Positions 51,201 to 63,528 of a stretch of DNA of 64,000 nucleotides are shown here, piece by piece (the first letter of the stretch is position 1; each line of letters opens with the position of its first letter). Both the position numbers and the translations under genes were made by a program. The stretch spans positions 3,944,747 to 4,008,746 of the forward strand of contig SMSO01000037.1 in NCBI GenBank assembly GCA_004764695.1, written 5' to 3'. The DNA comes from Schizochytrium sp. TIO01. Taxonomy: Eukaryota > Protista > Bigyra: Labyrinthulomycetes. The notes under the pieces were generated by a model. It was given only the letters and a program-made list of their open reading frames with translations. It made no database searches and was not told the DNA's origin.

Positions 51201-53789
51201 ACGGAATGAATATGAGCGCTTGTCGAAGAATAAGAACTAAAGAACAACTTGATGATGATGACGACTATGGTAAAGTTTTCCTACCTAGATTAATGTTAGG
51301 CGATAATGATTTTTATGAAGCTATTTAGCTAGCTAGCGACAGACAAAGGACAGTTTCACGAAAGAATGAGTATAGTCATACAATAAAGGACCACTTTGCA
51401 TGACGAAGCAATCAGCTGATATGAAACTTTCGAGTTTTTAAAATTGGAATCTGAGATGTTGATTTGATTTTGATTTGATTTTTATATCAGAAACTCTGAT
51501 AAACCAGCAGTCATAGTTCTCGGACTCAGAGAGAAAATATTAGGTAGCACTAGTGGCAGGCCACTAAAATAATATTCACAGAGCGAGCTGCTACATAGTT
51601 GAGATCAATATGGCGAAAACAAATAGGATAATCAATCGAACAAGCTTGCTTTGTTGTCTACAATCTATCGGTGGCTCTTAAAGAAAATTAATGGTATATT
51701 GAAATCAGAACGAATCGGGAATTGGAAAGTTCAAGGATTGGCAAGTAACTTAGTATTTATTCACAATATTTGTTCAAGGAGACGAGGAAGGATGGTACGA
51801 CTTAGCTTTGAACTGTAGATATAAAGTCTGTGCCCGCGGCGTAAGATGCTACCCTTAACAGCCCCACGCGCTATGCCACCATGCTCTCTACGCGTCGCTC
51901 AGATGAAAAGCAAGCACCAAGGTCGTACAGGGGTGCGTTTAGTGATTTGAAGCTGCACAAAATGTCCTATGAAACGAACCTTATCTGGTGAATATCCAGA
52001 TACCCCTAAGACACCCTTTGGTCAAGTACCGCAGTAAGTATTAAAAATAAACGGAGGAAATAAGATCTCGTCTCCGTCCCCAAAGATGCTGGAGAGCCTA
52101 GCGCTCTCATAACTACAACTGAGACCCCTTTTGAAGTCAACCTCAGTGGCTTCGGATGATATTTGCCGTGGTAGGGGGGAACTGCAAATGCATGCAAATG
52201 GTTTTGCGCGATAGTTTGTCATGGTTTACTTAGCAAACCCTTATGGATAGAGCCCTCCTGCAATGCCTCAGTCACTAACTGTTTCTCACAGTTACGGGAT
52301 CAATGGAGATCGTGCTCAAAGTGAGAAATCCCCCTCATCAGAATACAAACATTTTCATTCTTATCTTAGAAGAATTGACCAGCAGCGAGAACAGATAATA
52401 CCTGTCTCAGAATCCATTCTGAAACTTTCTAAAACTAAACTTGAGCGTCACAAGCACTAGAATCAGTAGAGTAGTCTATTGATTTACTTGTTTCTTATCT
52501 TCTTTTTTAATTTTAATCTTTAGTGGTGGTATATGCCGCTTGTATGTGCAAAAATCTTGAGCTAACTCTCCTTCACACTCTTGACATCCAAACCAAAAAA
52601 TAATCATACATCTGGGCGGGTGTACCTTTAAAAATAGGCTAGGAATATTTCTATGTAAAGATCCTACAGATGAGATGAATTCATTTTGAATAGAGTTGCG
52701 TTATTCGATGATCAGCAAAAGTATGTCTACGACTACTATGAGGCACTTTTTAATTTCTCTCGTTTCAGCACCTCATTATCCAAAGCCTATTGTATAAGTA
52801 CATGTAGCTGGATACACGCTCAAGCCAGAAAATATTGATTTTTCTTTACTCATACAAATGCAGAACTTGATCTTTCTAGTTTACCATATCATACCAATTC
52901 TTCTTTTCTTTTTTTAAATACCTATAGAGTGCTGCGCTTAGAGAGAGAAAATAATGAATGTGCAAAAGATTTCATAATGCTCTTTGCACACTAGAGATCC
53001 TTCTTTAGACAATTTAATAGGTGAAGAAACCACTTCACCAGACAGTGAAAGTATGGTGACAGTGACAAAAGTGACACGATAAACTTTGTTTTTGCTGCAT
53101 CCTGTATTTATAGGATAGCTAAATAGTGAATCTTCGGATTTTAGGCTGAAAGTAGAGAGTAATCAAAGTCAGAGCAAAACCCACTTCTTAAAAGCACTGT
53201 GCAATTATTCATAAATCAAATCAAATGTACGTTCCGAAACGTAGGTGCTTGAATTATTTCTCTCTAGAAATGTATATCACGTAACTACTAAATACTTGAC
53301 CTTACATCGTATTCAAGGCAGAGCCCTTGTACTGAGCAAACTTCTCCTCGGCTGGAAACAAAACTGAATACTAGAACTGAAGGCACTTACGCTTTGAAGT
53401 ATTAACGATGATTATTTAAAATCGATTAAGTAAGAGGTTACAGCGACCAATACAATTAGATATATGTATCATACAGACCAACGGCAAAAAGCACTCATAA
53501 GACACATCGGCACAGGCATCACAATAAACGAGGGGGGGGGGGGGTCAACGTTATTGCAACAACTGCTGGAGATCAAGGGAAATATCACAATTCATCGCGA
53601 CATCGTCGAAGTAACCATAATTGAGCTAACCACTTAAATGCCTTACCCCTGTCTTGCTTAGTCGGTAAAGCCTACATGCATCTCCATACATGTGATGAAA
53701 ATCGTATGGTCTATCAAAAGCCTACTTGTACAATTGATTCTCGTATTTAGATATGCATAATTTTAAAGCATTCATACTTCGAAGGTAGC

Positions 53790-54470
53790 ATTACTTGGTT
53801 TCGATTAGAAAACCAGCGCTTCGCGTCTCGCACTTTAGTACAGAGGCTTGTTCACATGACCTGCTGAACCTAGCCCTTGATGGGTCACCAGTGATTAAAG
53901 CTATTTCAGCTGGTACTGAAAGGTGATCCTGTTTAGCTTGAGGTTGACTGTAAAAATTAAGGCAAGGGTCTTGATGAAGGGTTGTGAGAAGGTTCATTTA
54001 CGAGTTAGCGAACTGAAGGAATTCCAGGACAAATGGATTCATGTAGTAATTGTGGAGATTACGACATTCTTGAAAGTGGTTAGAGATAATCGATGGGGTT
54101 AGGTTTATCCAACTTCTCCAACCATCGATTCAAGTTACACCATGCTTGGATGTAGGTAATGTGTATTCACACTTCTAGTTCTTGGCTCCGGCAGCCACAT
54201 GAGTCTGGCTGCTCTATTGTAAACCCTATGTCTACTGGGGTTTTACAATGGGACACCAAGAACGCTAGCAATGTCTTGTCCACTAGTTCCTTTGATTGGG
54301 GATCTCAGCAGATGGGTTCTCCTATTCATACTCTAATGACACTAGACATTTGAAGTTTTGCTATCAAATCCAATTATGTTAATTTAGTATTTGATGAACC
54401 AGAAGGCGCATGGCCTTTACTCATCTATTTCGACCTGCTCTTGCCACAGTTTGAAATTTGCTTCGGTTAA
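53790..54470 (-). mobile_element. Decayed copia RT fragment, same family as 8560-9000, inverted
   Basis: Reverse complement aligns with 8560-9000, e.g. ggaactagtggacaagacattgctagcgttcttggtgtccc vs ggaactagtagacaagacattgatagagttcttggtgcccc; shared agggtttacaatagagcag, ttactacatgaatc and cagttcgctaactc. Confidence 0.75.
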
Positions 54471-54889
54471 GGTTGACTGGGAAGAGAATCTAAAAGAAAT
54501 GCTTTAAACATCCGAAAATTAATTTTGTATTTCAAAGTTCGTGAACCACTGGACTTGGAATCAATACCAAGTAATGCTGATTTTATATGAAGTTGCACAT
54601 GCGATCGTGTAGGTCTTAAAATTAATGACGTGCCATGCTTGCAGCCCCTCAGAATAGCGTCGAGCTTCTTTCCATCCAATTTTAAAATACACACGATGCA
54701 TTAAGTATACTTGAGTTCCTTTAGCCTTTGCCTTCCTGGCTATTAACCACTATTGCGTCGTTGCTAAGTTCTCAAATCCAACCGTCACGTGAGCGAAATA
54801 CAGCTAGAGTACTTTGCATGTCACAGTGTAAGGCCTAAAAGTTTCGAATAAGATTAGAACTATAAAACTAGATGCGTGTGCTGAGGTCT

Positions 54890-55700
54890 TCAATCAAAGA
54901 AATTAGTCAACAAGAAGTTCTGGGCATCCCTTTGTGAAGACCTCATGGACATAGGGCTTGCAATATGGCAGAACTAGACAATCAAACTTATGTGGTTGAG
55001 AAGCCGAGAACCAAAAGTGTGATTGCACATTTCCAAGAACCAAGTATGGTGTAGCTTGAATTGATGGCCGAAGAGGTTGAGTTAACCTAACTCTGTCTAT
55101 TCTAGCTAACACAGATGAAGAATGTCATAGCATCCTAAGCATTATATTAATCAGTCCGCACTGAAATCCATTTAACAAGGACAGCAATTCGCTAATTCTT
55201 GAGACAACCTTGTTAAAGCCTTCATCAAGACTCATGCCTTAATCTCCATAGCAAACTCCCAGCAGTGCAGATTCATCCTTCAGCAGCGTGGTTGCAAAGC
55301 AAAGTCTTTCAAGAGTTATAATGTACGTACATTCATGACAGATCAAGGATGATAGAATCATAACCGAACGCTGACGAGACAAGTTGATCTGACCATTTCG
55401 GTCTGGAGTAATACAGATTAAGCATGTTTCTGCCTGCTAGTTCCAAGAGGGCCAATCTACAATTCTAAAGAGAGCACATCGCCAACTCCAAAAGCTAAAA
55501 TTTACGGAGCCCTCTCCTAAATGCTTGCCTTCATCTTAGTTGACTAACCGGATTCATGTTTTAGTGATTTTCAAGTTATACTACTGTTAAAGCTTTCAGG
55601 CTCCTACGGCTGCCAGCAACACTGTTGATGCCTTGCGCGCATAGTATCTCGCTTGGCAGGCTCAACAATTCTTTTTATACATCATAATATTACTTATACT
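54890..55700 (+). mobile_element. Decayed copia RT fragment, same family as 8580-9100
   Basis: Co-linear with 8590-9080, including an identical 21-mer ttaaagccttcatcaagactc. Translates to KFWASLCEDLMDIGL, LDNQTYV, YINQSAL, KPSSRLMP, YGALS*MLAFI..PD, which resemble copia RT motifs. Confidence 0.75.
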
Positions 55701-56387
55701 CTTCTATCGTTTTAGGTTCTTGGTTTTTTAATACAGAATCGAGGTAATTTCTTGGACGCGAAAGAGCCCTAGTTCGATTTTTTTACAATTTGCTGTTCTG
55801 TCCTTGCTAATCTGTACATGTTGAACGACCCTTCTTCAAGAATATTGAAACTTTACATCACGCTAAGAGATACGAAAAAGAGGAGCTCGAACTAGGGAGG
55901 TAAGAAGTATTGTAACACAATAGATAAGACTGAAAGTCTTAAACGGGTTTTATCGAACAAAAAGAAAGGCCAATTACCGATCTCGAGACTTCGTCTCGAT
56001 TAATGATGACCAGCCTCAGCACAACATCGTAAGTTCTATGGGGCTTACCTATGAAGACTAAAGAACAAAATAGTGAATACAAAGCAAAGAGGTACAACAT
56101 TAATAGATCGATAGTTGAGCTTGAACAGCCCGATAAAGTATGGTAGTTAGCTAATCCCTCTCGATCTATAGAAGCCGAGGTCAATTCAAATTAACATAAA
56201 CTAATTGTATAGTTAGCAGGTGAAGAATTTTAACACAAACATTGCAAGGCCTCCCTGAGCTACCTATATTCAACTTGAAGAAAGTATCTTTAATTCGCGC
56301 CTGCTTGATCATCCTTCAGCTAATCTAGACTTTACTTAAACTTCAGGAAGTGAGATACTTGTGTACTACGACCAGAAAAAGCGCAAT

Positions 56388-59300
56388 CTAATTTAATGAA
56401 TCTTTGTGGTGCCATCGGTCTGCGCAAGTACCTTCAGACTTAGCAACATCAGAGTTAAATGTTCCATGTAAAGGAACCAAGCAAATCTCACACTGAAGGG
56501 TAGTTCTCTTCGATGAGTCGCAACATATAGCGCAAGGCCGTTGCCGAGGTCGGCCATTATTATAGAGGCCAATTGGGACCAACCTATGCGAAAGCGAGGA
56601 GCAAAGCCGAACTGACTTCCCTGGATTTTTATCGAAAAATTCACGACGCTTTGACGCAAATTTTGATTTGCATCGTCCTACAATTCGCACTGCTTCAGGG
56701 CGAGTAAGGCTAGCTCCATTGGGTGCATCTGATAAATTTTGATCAATAGCGGACTTTTGTTTACGTTGGGCTGGTGGGCGAGGCGCATGAGGTGCGTGCA
56801 CTTTCTGGGAAGACCGCTGGGTTTCATGAGCCCATTCTACAGATGTGTTAGAAGTTTGCTCAGAAGGAAGAATGTCTTCGTTTGTCTTGGCAAATAGCGC
56901 GATTTGGTCGCAGAGACGGTATGTAAACTCAACAATTGAAAATCGGTTGTCGCATGCTGCTCGAAAACCTTCGAGAGACGTATAAGGAAAAGAAAAGGAA
57001 AAATCAGCATCGCTGCAACTACGAACAATTTGATGCAGCATGGCCACATTTGTAACGAGAGTTGAGACTCCGCGCAGATATACCTTTTGCTCAGGACTTA
57101 TATTGAGTGCTTCTAGGTTTAGCAATAAGGAGGAGTTTTGCTCAGCATGTTTGCGAGAGCCATATGAGCATCCCTGAAATGCACATTGCGCGAGACTTTT
57201 AAATCTTTTGATGGGGGGCAAGATACCTGATTCACAAATTTGACGACGTAGTGCACGCCACAGACGCAAATGCGACGCTAAAATGCGCTCATCCGTCCCA
57301 TTGAAGAGTCCTTCGGGGGCTTTCGGCGGTGCAGAATCCACATTGACAGATGAATAAGCCCAGTTGAAACACCCATTAAACTTTAACAAAGCATTCCGAT
57401 AAATGTCTCGCGTTGATTGGGGTACATGGATGAGGCTTGCGAAAATAATCAGATTCTTCGATCCTATTACGTGAAGAATCTGGTCAGTATCGAGAACCGC
57501 AGCTTGATGGAGTATACGGGCTCTATCTTGTACGGAAATAACATCCCACCATCGAAGATCTCCTACAGAAATTGCAAAATACTCGCCATAATTCTTTGCA
57601 ATCGCTTCGGCTCGAGCAATGCATTCTAAATCTGTTTCAACATGGACACTGGTGCTTGCAAAAAAGAAGCTTTCGGAACTGCTTTGGGGGTGATTCACAC
57701 GAGCTATAGCATCACTGCTGACAGCCAAGAAGGGGTCCCTTTTACTGGCAAGAAGACCAACTCTAAAAACGTGACTGCACCAATTTTGCTCTTTAAGGGC
57801 TCGAATCAAGCCACGCTCATTCAGAGGTTTTGATTGCATCGCCTTTGTTTGCACATGTTGAGGAGGAAACCATGATAGCATTGAAGCACGGAGTGCAACT
57901 TGAGCGACTTCGACTTCAGTATCATTTAAATCAAACGTAGAGTCGATGTTCCAAAGCACTGACGGGAGGGCATCGTCAGACGTGCATTCCAGAAGTAGAT
58001 GTGACAGGACTTTTATTCAGTTGATTGTGAGAATCACTCATGTCGAAATCATCAAGACGAAACAGATCCGCCGGAATAGCAGTGCTATCAGTGTCTAACA
58101 AGGATGAAATGGAATCACCAGGCTGGGTTTCCTCACCATCCTTATAAAGAAGTTTTCTAACACTCATATCATGCTTAGAGAAGAGAATGCTGTTTGAGCA
58201 AGTGATGGTAAGGGCTCGTAGCACAAACCAGCAAGCTGTTCGTTGTAAATAAGTGAGAGCCTCAGTACCATTGTTCGAAATGAAGGCCTCCGCTTCCTGG
58301 CGGTATTTATCATCGTGAGCTGATGGAGAAAATAAGACATCCGTCAGAGAGCCACTTGAGACATCATATTTTTCCATGCATATGGTCTCAGTAGTCAGCT
58401 GCTTGTTCAAGCAGTTATCCCACTCCAAGAAATGAGAAATAGACGAGCTAGATCCATCTACTTCAGATGGGTTTCGGACAGCAAATGCTGTGAGGGTTTT
58501 TGTAACTCCAGGTTGAACTTCGACCTGGGCGGAAGCTGAAAATGCTTCATTGGCTAACCTGTTATTATCATGTACAATGAAATCCTCATCAAACGAAAGC
58601 CCAACTTTTAAAGCTCGATCATTTAAAGACTGGTGCGCAAGTTCTCCGGGTCTATTTTGTTCAATGCCTTGCCGAAGTTCTTCGTCCTGAATGTTTCTTA
58701 GTTTTTCTGTAAGTGATAAAAATGGGCTGTGAGTTGTTGTGCCAGTCGACGAAAAGAGCGAATCCTTTGTAGAAACACCGGCCCAAATAGCTTCTTCTCG
58801 ATCACCAGTACTTTGCGTAATTAGGCATTTTGCTGGAGCTTTGGGGTTGGACATGAATCTGTTGCAAACGTCCCGAAGCGTTTCACTCACTTCTGGGCGG
58901 GCCTGCTTTTTTCCATACAGGGAAGCAGCATACATAATTGGCAATTGTCCATCATAACAGGCGCTTCGAATGGGCGACGGCCTGCTATTAAACTTCTGTT
59001 CCTCTCCGACTAGTCCCGAGGTAATGACCACATTTTGGTTCGATGGCGAGGTGATATCCTGCACAGTGTCAAATAAAGACCTCACAAACTGATCCAAGTC
59101 ACGCTCACCATCCCATAATAAACCCATGTCGGTTCGTTTGTCCTTCATCCCGACGGTTCGACTGTGATCTGAATCGATTGCAGAAAAATGCTGAAGCAAT
59201 GATTTAAACTGTTCATCGGTTAAAACTGAGCCATCCCTTTGGCTCTGGGTCACATCACCTCTATACATGCGCAGAGCGCGATCCAGATCTGACCTTGATA

Positions 59301-60047
59301 ACAATGAATACAGTAAGACTGCCAACAACTGCTTGGTTTCTGTTGAAGAGGTTTCACGTCCATTAGCTTCTGTTTTGGCAATTCGAGCGCTTGAAGCAAG
59401 TTCAAGCTTTGAAATTGCACGATCACCAAGGAGTGAAAAAATGTAGTATTCAAGGTGCGATGTGATTTCCTGTCCTTTGAACATATTTTTGCAAGCCGCA
59501 GCAATGGACTGCACAATTATTTGACAATGTTCCTTGACATTTTGTAAATATAGATCATCCTCTGCAACATCTAAGAATTTCAACTTGTACAGCGTAGGAT
59601 CCTGGTCCCGACTCCACTTAATGTCGACCTCAAGCAAACTTGACATCATCTCCGGACCCCCAACTAGAGCTTTAGTTTGGTTCTCCTCTGAAGGCGGCGG
59701 AGGGGGAGGCGAGTCCGAAGTGTACTTGCTTGAAGCGTGCGCTTCTTCAGACGGTGAACCTGAATCCTCGCCCTTTGGGGTCTGAGTCTGGCTACTACTA
59801 TTTGTTGCCTTGATGATGTTTGAGCAACGGGTTCGCTCGCAGGGTGTTCTTGGAAAGATTCCTGTATCAATCTGTTGCCTCCGTCTTCCGACAAGCTGTT
59901 CTCGTGTAGGTTTGCGTTCTCGATGCTTTCCTGCGCGGCAGTGACGCTGGGCTCCTGCTCGTCTTCATCCGGTGAGTCATCAACTGCTGACTGAGCAGCG
60001 GAGACCTCCGAAGTTTGCACACGCTTGCGCTTGGCAGAGCGAGCCAT
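56388..60047 (-). CDS. piggyBac-like transposase-derived protein with embedded YqaJ/lambda-exonuclease-like domain (~1219 aa if two 1-nt frameshifts are corrected)
   Basis: Three consecutive minus-strand ORFs (60047-59664, 59649-57976, 57959-56388) with overlapping open frames; first and last share a frame. piggyBac-like motifs: TETKQLLAVLL, LTDEQFKSLLQHF, LVTNVAMLHQI, FTYRLCDQI and C-terminal Cys-rich RPCAICC..TTLQCEICLVPLH..CADRWH. YqaJ-like motifs: LQRTACWFVLRALTITCS, GLLASKRDPFLAVSSDAI, ILHQAAVL. Confidence 0.75.
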
Positions 60048-61579
60048 GATTTATACTGCAAATGACTTAATCCACGTGGACACCTAAAGCTTCTTGCAGC
60101 ACGAACTTGCGCTCAGCTCGCCAACTTGTTCAGGGGCTGGGATGTGTTTGTAATGATTAAAACTGTATCATCATTATCAAGAAAATGACTTGTGGTGAGT
60201 TTTATTCTATGAATACTAGGCAGGCAGTGCGAGCTGCAGTAATTGTTGCTATTGCTACTACTGTTACTACTCCAATGATGGAAATTTTTTAATTCATATT
60301 GTAGAGCATGGAAAAAACCGAGAATATAGTCACTCAGAGTAAGCGCTTTTACGTATTTACAGCGAGTGTTGTTCCTGAATTTTACGTGCTAATCTGCCAA
60401 GCTAAGGCTCCAGTTAGAGCTAAAGTATGATGTATCTAGTTGTTTTGTTTTGTTTTGTGTTTTTGTGAATGAAGCCTGAAAAGACCGAACAACTAGGAGA
60501 TTTGACATTTGATTAAAAAAAAGCGAACATCTGGTCAAATTGTTAACCTGGGTTTTACAACCTGAAGACCTGGTCGCAAACTCAGTTACATATGCGACGT
60601 GTGCTCTTCGTTTAATCGTGCAATGATATTAACGTGCTGGGTAGTATATAGAATGTCACAGAGTCTATTCGCTTCAGGCCCAGCTTTATTTCAGTCAAAG
60701 GCATCGTTAGTTCTTGGCGATCACTTAATGAAAATCAAAACAGTCAACTTGAATTCTTGCTTGAACCTATTTGCTAAGGGGTATGATTGAAAGGAATGTA
60801 GATGATAAAAGTATGCTAAACAGACTTCGAAGGAAACCATCAATTCAAATACTTTTTCAGATCAAAGACGGCATCGTGTTTTTTAGATACATTGCTTCAC
60901 CTAGAAAAAGGTATCAAAACATTGTCAAGTAAACACAATTATTTGACACGATTAAGAGATTCTCGTGAGTTCAGAATCTTTATTTGATTAAGTCCAGTGT
61001 ACAAGCCACGCAAAGGTGCCGGAACATCTCTCTGAAGTAAGACGAAAATGTTATGCAGCGCAGCACCTGGAGCTGGTCTCCAGTGGTGGCAAGAGGTTGT
61101 ACCTTTGAAACTAGAAAGTTTTTCCGAACAGTCTCTGAATAGAAATAAAAAAGAAGCTTCGTCATATAAGTTTCATTAGGTAGTATCTTCGTATCTCATT
61201 AAAACTGAAGTACTATCAGCTGTATCAGTTTTCCATTAATCCGTTTTAAATCGTCAGGGTACATGGTTTTAGATGACTAACCACTATTTTGGAGCAAACA
61301 CGTGCGTAGTGCAATCATAACGCTTAAATTCATCTTATCGTCAAGTTGCTTGTTTGTCTCAGACTCTTGAGTTGAAACGTTGCTTATTAAGACCAAAAGT
61401 TTCGAAACCTTTGAACGAACTTGTTGTAGAGTTGATTGGCCAGGCGCTTAACTTAAGACGTATTATGAAATTATATAGGATCCGGCTGCATGCGCAAGTT
61501 GAATATAGTGTAGCAACCAGCAAGAATCGAACAAAAGTTTGTGAGCATTGTGTAACAGAGAAAATGAATATAATATGAA

Positions 61580-63490
61580 TCAGTCACAGATAGGAAGGGT
61601 CATGTCCGAAGATTCGGAGCGCTTGAACGGGTGAGCCAAGGGGCCAGGGGTAACATCGACGAGAGGCGCCAGGGCGGGGTCCAGCTGCCCCTTAACAAAG
61701 TATCTTACAAGCCATACTTGAGAACCGGGAAGACAATTGTGACGGTTCTCGATTGACTGCTCGCAAAGCATGTAAATATGCTTATGGAGTCCAAGAGGTC
61801 TTGAGGGAATGGTTTTTTCTTGAGCATCCGAGGAGGTCTCACTCTTGCGGCGCTTCTTAGATGAACCACGCGTGCTGAGTGCGTAGTAGAAACACTTCAT
61901 AACGCAGACTTCAGTGTCGAGCAAACGAGAGACACGGCTCGCGAGGGCATGAGCGACTTGGATTGTCCTCGGGTTGACATGGCGGCCGTCAGTGCCTACA
62001 GTTTGTACACATTTAGAAACATCGAGCACAGAATGAGCATTACCTTGGTCGCACCAGAAAGCAGTCTCATTCCCGAATCGAAGATCACTAAAGACGTCGT
62101 AGCGGCGGCGATCTTTGAGAGGGATATCACAAGACATAATGTAAGTCTTATCCTGTCCAACACGAAGGAGTGGTTTGGAGATGGGTTTGTAAATTGGCGT
62201 AAAAACCGGAGCCAAATTGAGCTGGACGCGACGATCTGAGCCCCCGTTGTCATGAATGCAAGCACCCAGGGCATGGACAATGTCGCGAAACTCTCGAGGG
62301 TTCAGGTCGAGACCTTGGCCGACAGTAAGCTCAGAAGCACTATCACACGCCATGGCAGAATCTGATTGACCAGGGTAAGCCAATGTTTGGCGAAGAATGT
62401 GCAAGACCTGCTCAATATCCCAGCTACCACGCGGTTTGCTGCTATCTTGCACTGCGGATATCTTACGCCGGACTCGCTTGGTGCCTTTCTTCAGAGGAAC
62501 TACTTGTAAAGCCTTGGTGACCTGGTTGCGAGGCGTTGCAGTATTGCAAGACTTCTTTTCGGTCTTCACGATAGTGCTAATATTTTTGGGTGTTGTATAG
62601 GGCTTTACGGTGAGGTCCGTCTTGGCAGTCATATAGGTGCTTGGGAGCACAGGCATGGTGAGCGGGTTAACCTTGATGTTCTTCATGAATGCCTTGTTCG
62701 TTGCTCTGGATGTTTGTTGCGGTTTAATGGAGGTAGTCTTTGTGATGGAGCTCAAAGGCATAGGTGTAATGGGTGAAACATGGTGCGTAGTTGGCTCAGA
62801 CTTGAGAGTATGCGGGGCTGATACAGGTGTTTGAAGCATATGATGTTGGTGCTGCTGAGCATAGTACGACGGATGGGGTTGGGCATATGGTGATGGTGAG
62901 ATTGTGCGTTGAACTGTGTGCTGGTGGTGGTGGTATGCCATTGGTGACATATCCTCAGGGTCTGGGTGGACATCTTCAAGAGGCCAAGTGTGTCTGTCTG
63001 AGGTGGGGGGAGCAGAGGCGGCAGCAGAGAAGAAACTGTCCTCGAAAAGGATACCAGCCGCCTCAGAGCCATCGTGTCCATGTTGCCAAGACTGCGATTC
63101 GGCAGGGCGATCGAATGTGTCTTCAAAGAAGGCGTCACCGTCAGCAAAGTGGGTCCATACATCTTGTCCGTGGCTGTTGGCGTTATAATTCTGATTAGAG
63201 TTCATCTGGTGGTGCATGTCCATGCATTCATCGAGCGGGTCAAAATCATCCAACCTGTCCATTGAGGGTTGCCATGCTGATACGTTAACATGGTTGTAGT
63301 TGTGGTGAACATCCGCAGGCATTGCTGCTGATGATGGTGCATACCGAGGCACGCCTGCTGACAAAGCCGGCATTCCGTTGTTGCTTTGCGCTGCGATACC
63401 GGTGGTGGTAGTAGTGTAAGGTGCATCAAAATCTGCGAAGTCGGCCAGATCCCATGTTTCTGTCCTTTGTTGCGTTGCTAATGGTCCCAT
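61580..63490 (-). CDS. Putative transcription factor, paralogue C (~636 aa); conserved domain ~61682-62308
   Basis: Track ORF 61580-63556 uses TTG; first ATG is 63490 in tctacaATG context. Same C-terminal domain; D/F/W-rich acidic N-terminus, H/Q-rich and T/P-rich tracts, KRVRRK and KKRRK basic motifs. Confidence 0.92.
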   Translation of the reverse strand: MGPLATQQRTETWDLADFADFDAPYTTTTTGIAAQSNNGMPALSAGVPRYAPSSAAMPADVHHNYNHVNVSAWQPSMDRLDDFDPLDECMDMHHQMNSNQNYNANSHGQDVWTHFADGDAFFEDTFDRPAESQSWQHGHDGSEAAGILFEDSFFSAAASAPPTSDRHTWPLEDVHPDPEDMSPMAYHHHQHTVQRTISPSPYAQPHPSYYAQQHQHHMLQTPVSAPHTLKSEPTTHHVSPITPMPLSSITKTTSIKPQQTSRATNKAFMKNIKVNPLTMPVLPSTYMTAKTDLTVKPYTTPKNISTIVKTEKKSCNTATPRNQVTKALQVVPLKKGTKRVRRKISAVQDSSKPRGSWDIEQVLHILRQTLAYPGQSDSAMACDSASELTVGQGLDLNPREFRDIVHALGACIHDNGGSDRRVQLNLAPVFTPIYKPISKPLLRVGQDKTYIMSCDIPLKDRRRYDVFSDLRFGNETAFWCDQGNAHSVLDVSKCVQTVGTDGRHVNPRTIQVAHALASRVSRLLDTEVCVMKCFYYALSTRGSSKKRRKSETSSDAQEKTIPSRPLGLHKHIYMLCEQSIENRHNCLPGSQVWLVRYFVKGQLDPALAPLVDVTPGPLAHPFKRSESSDMTLPICD

Positions 63491-63528
63491 TGTAGATTGT
63501 CTGACTGGGCTCTCGCCTGGTTTTAGTT

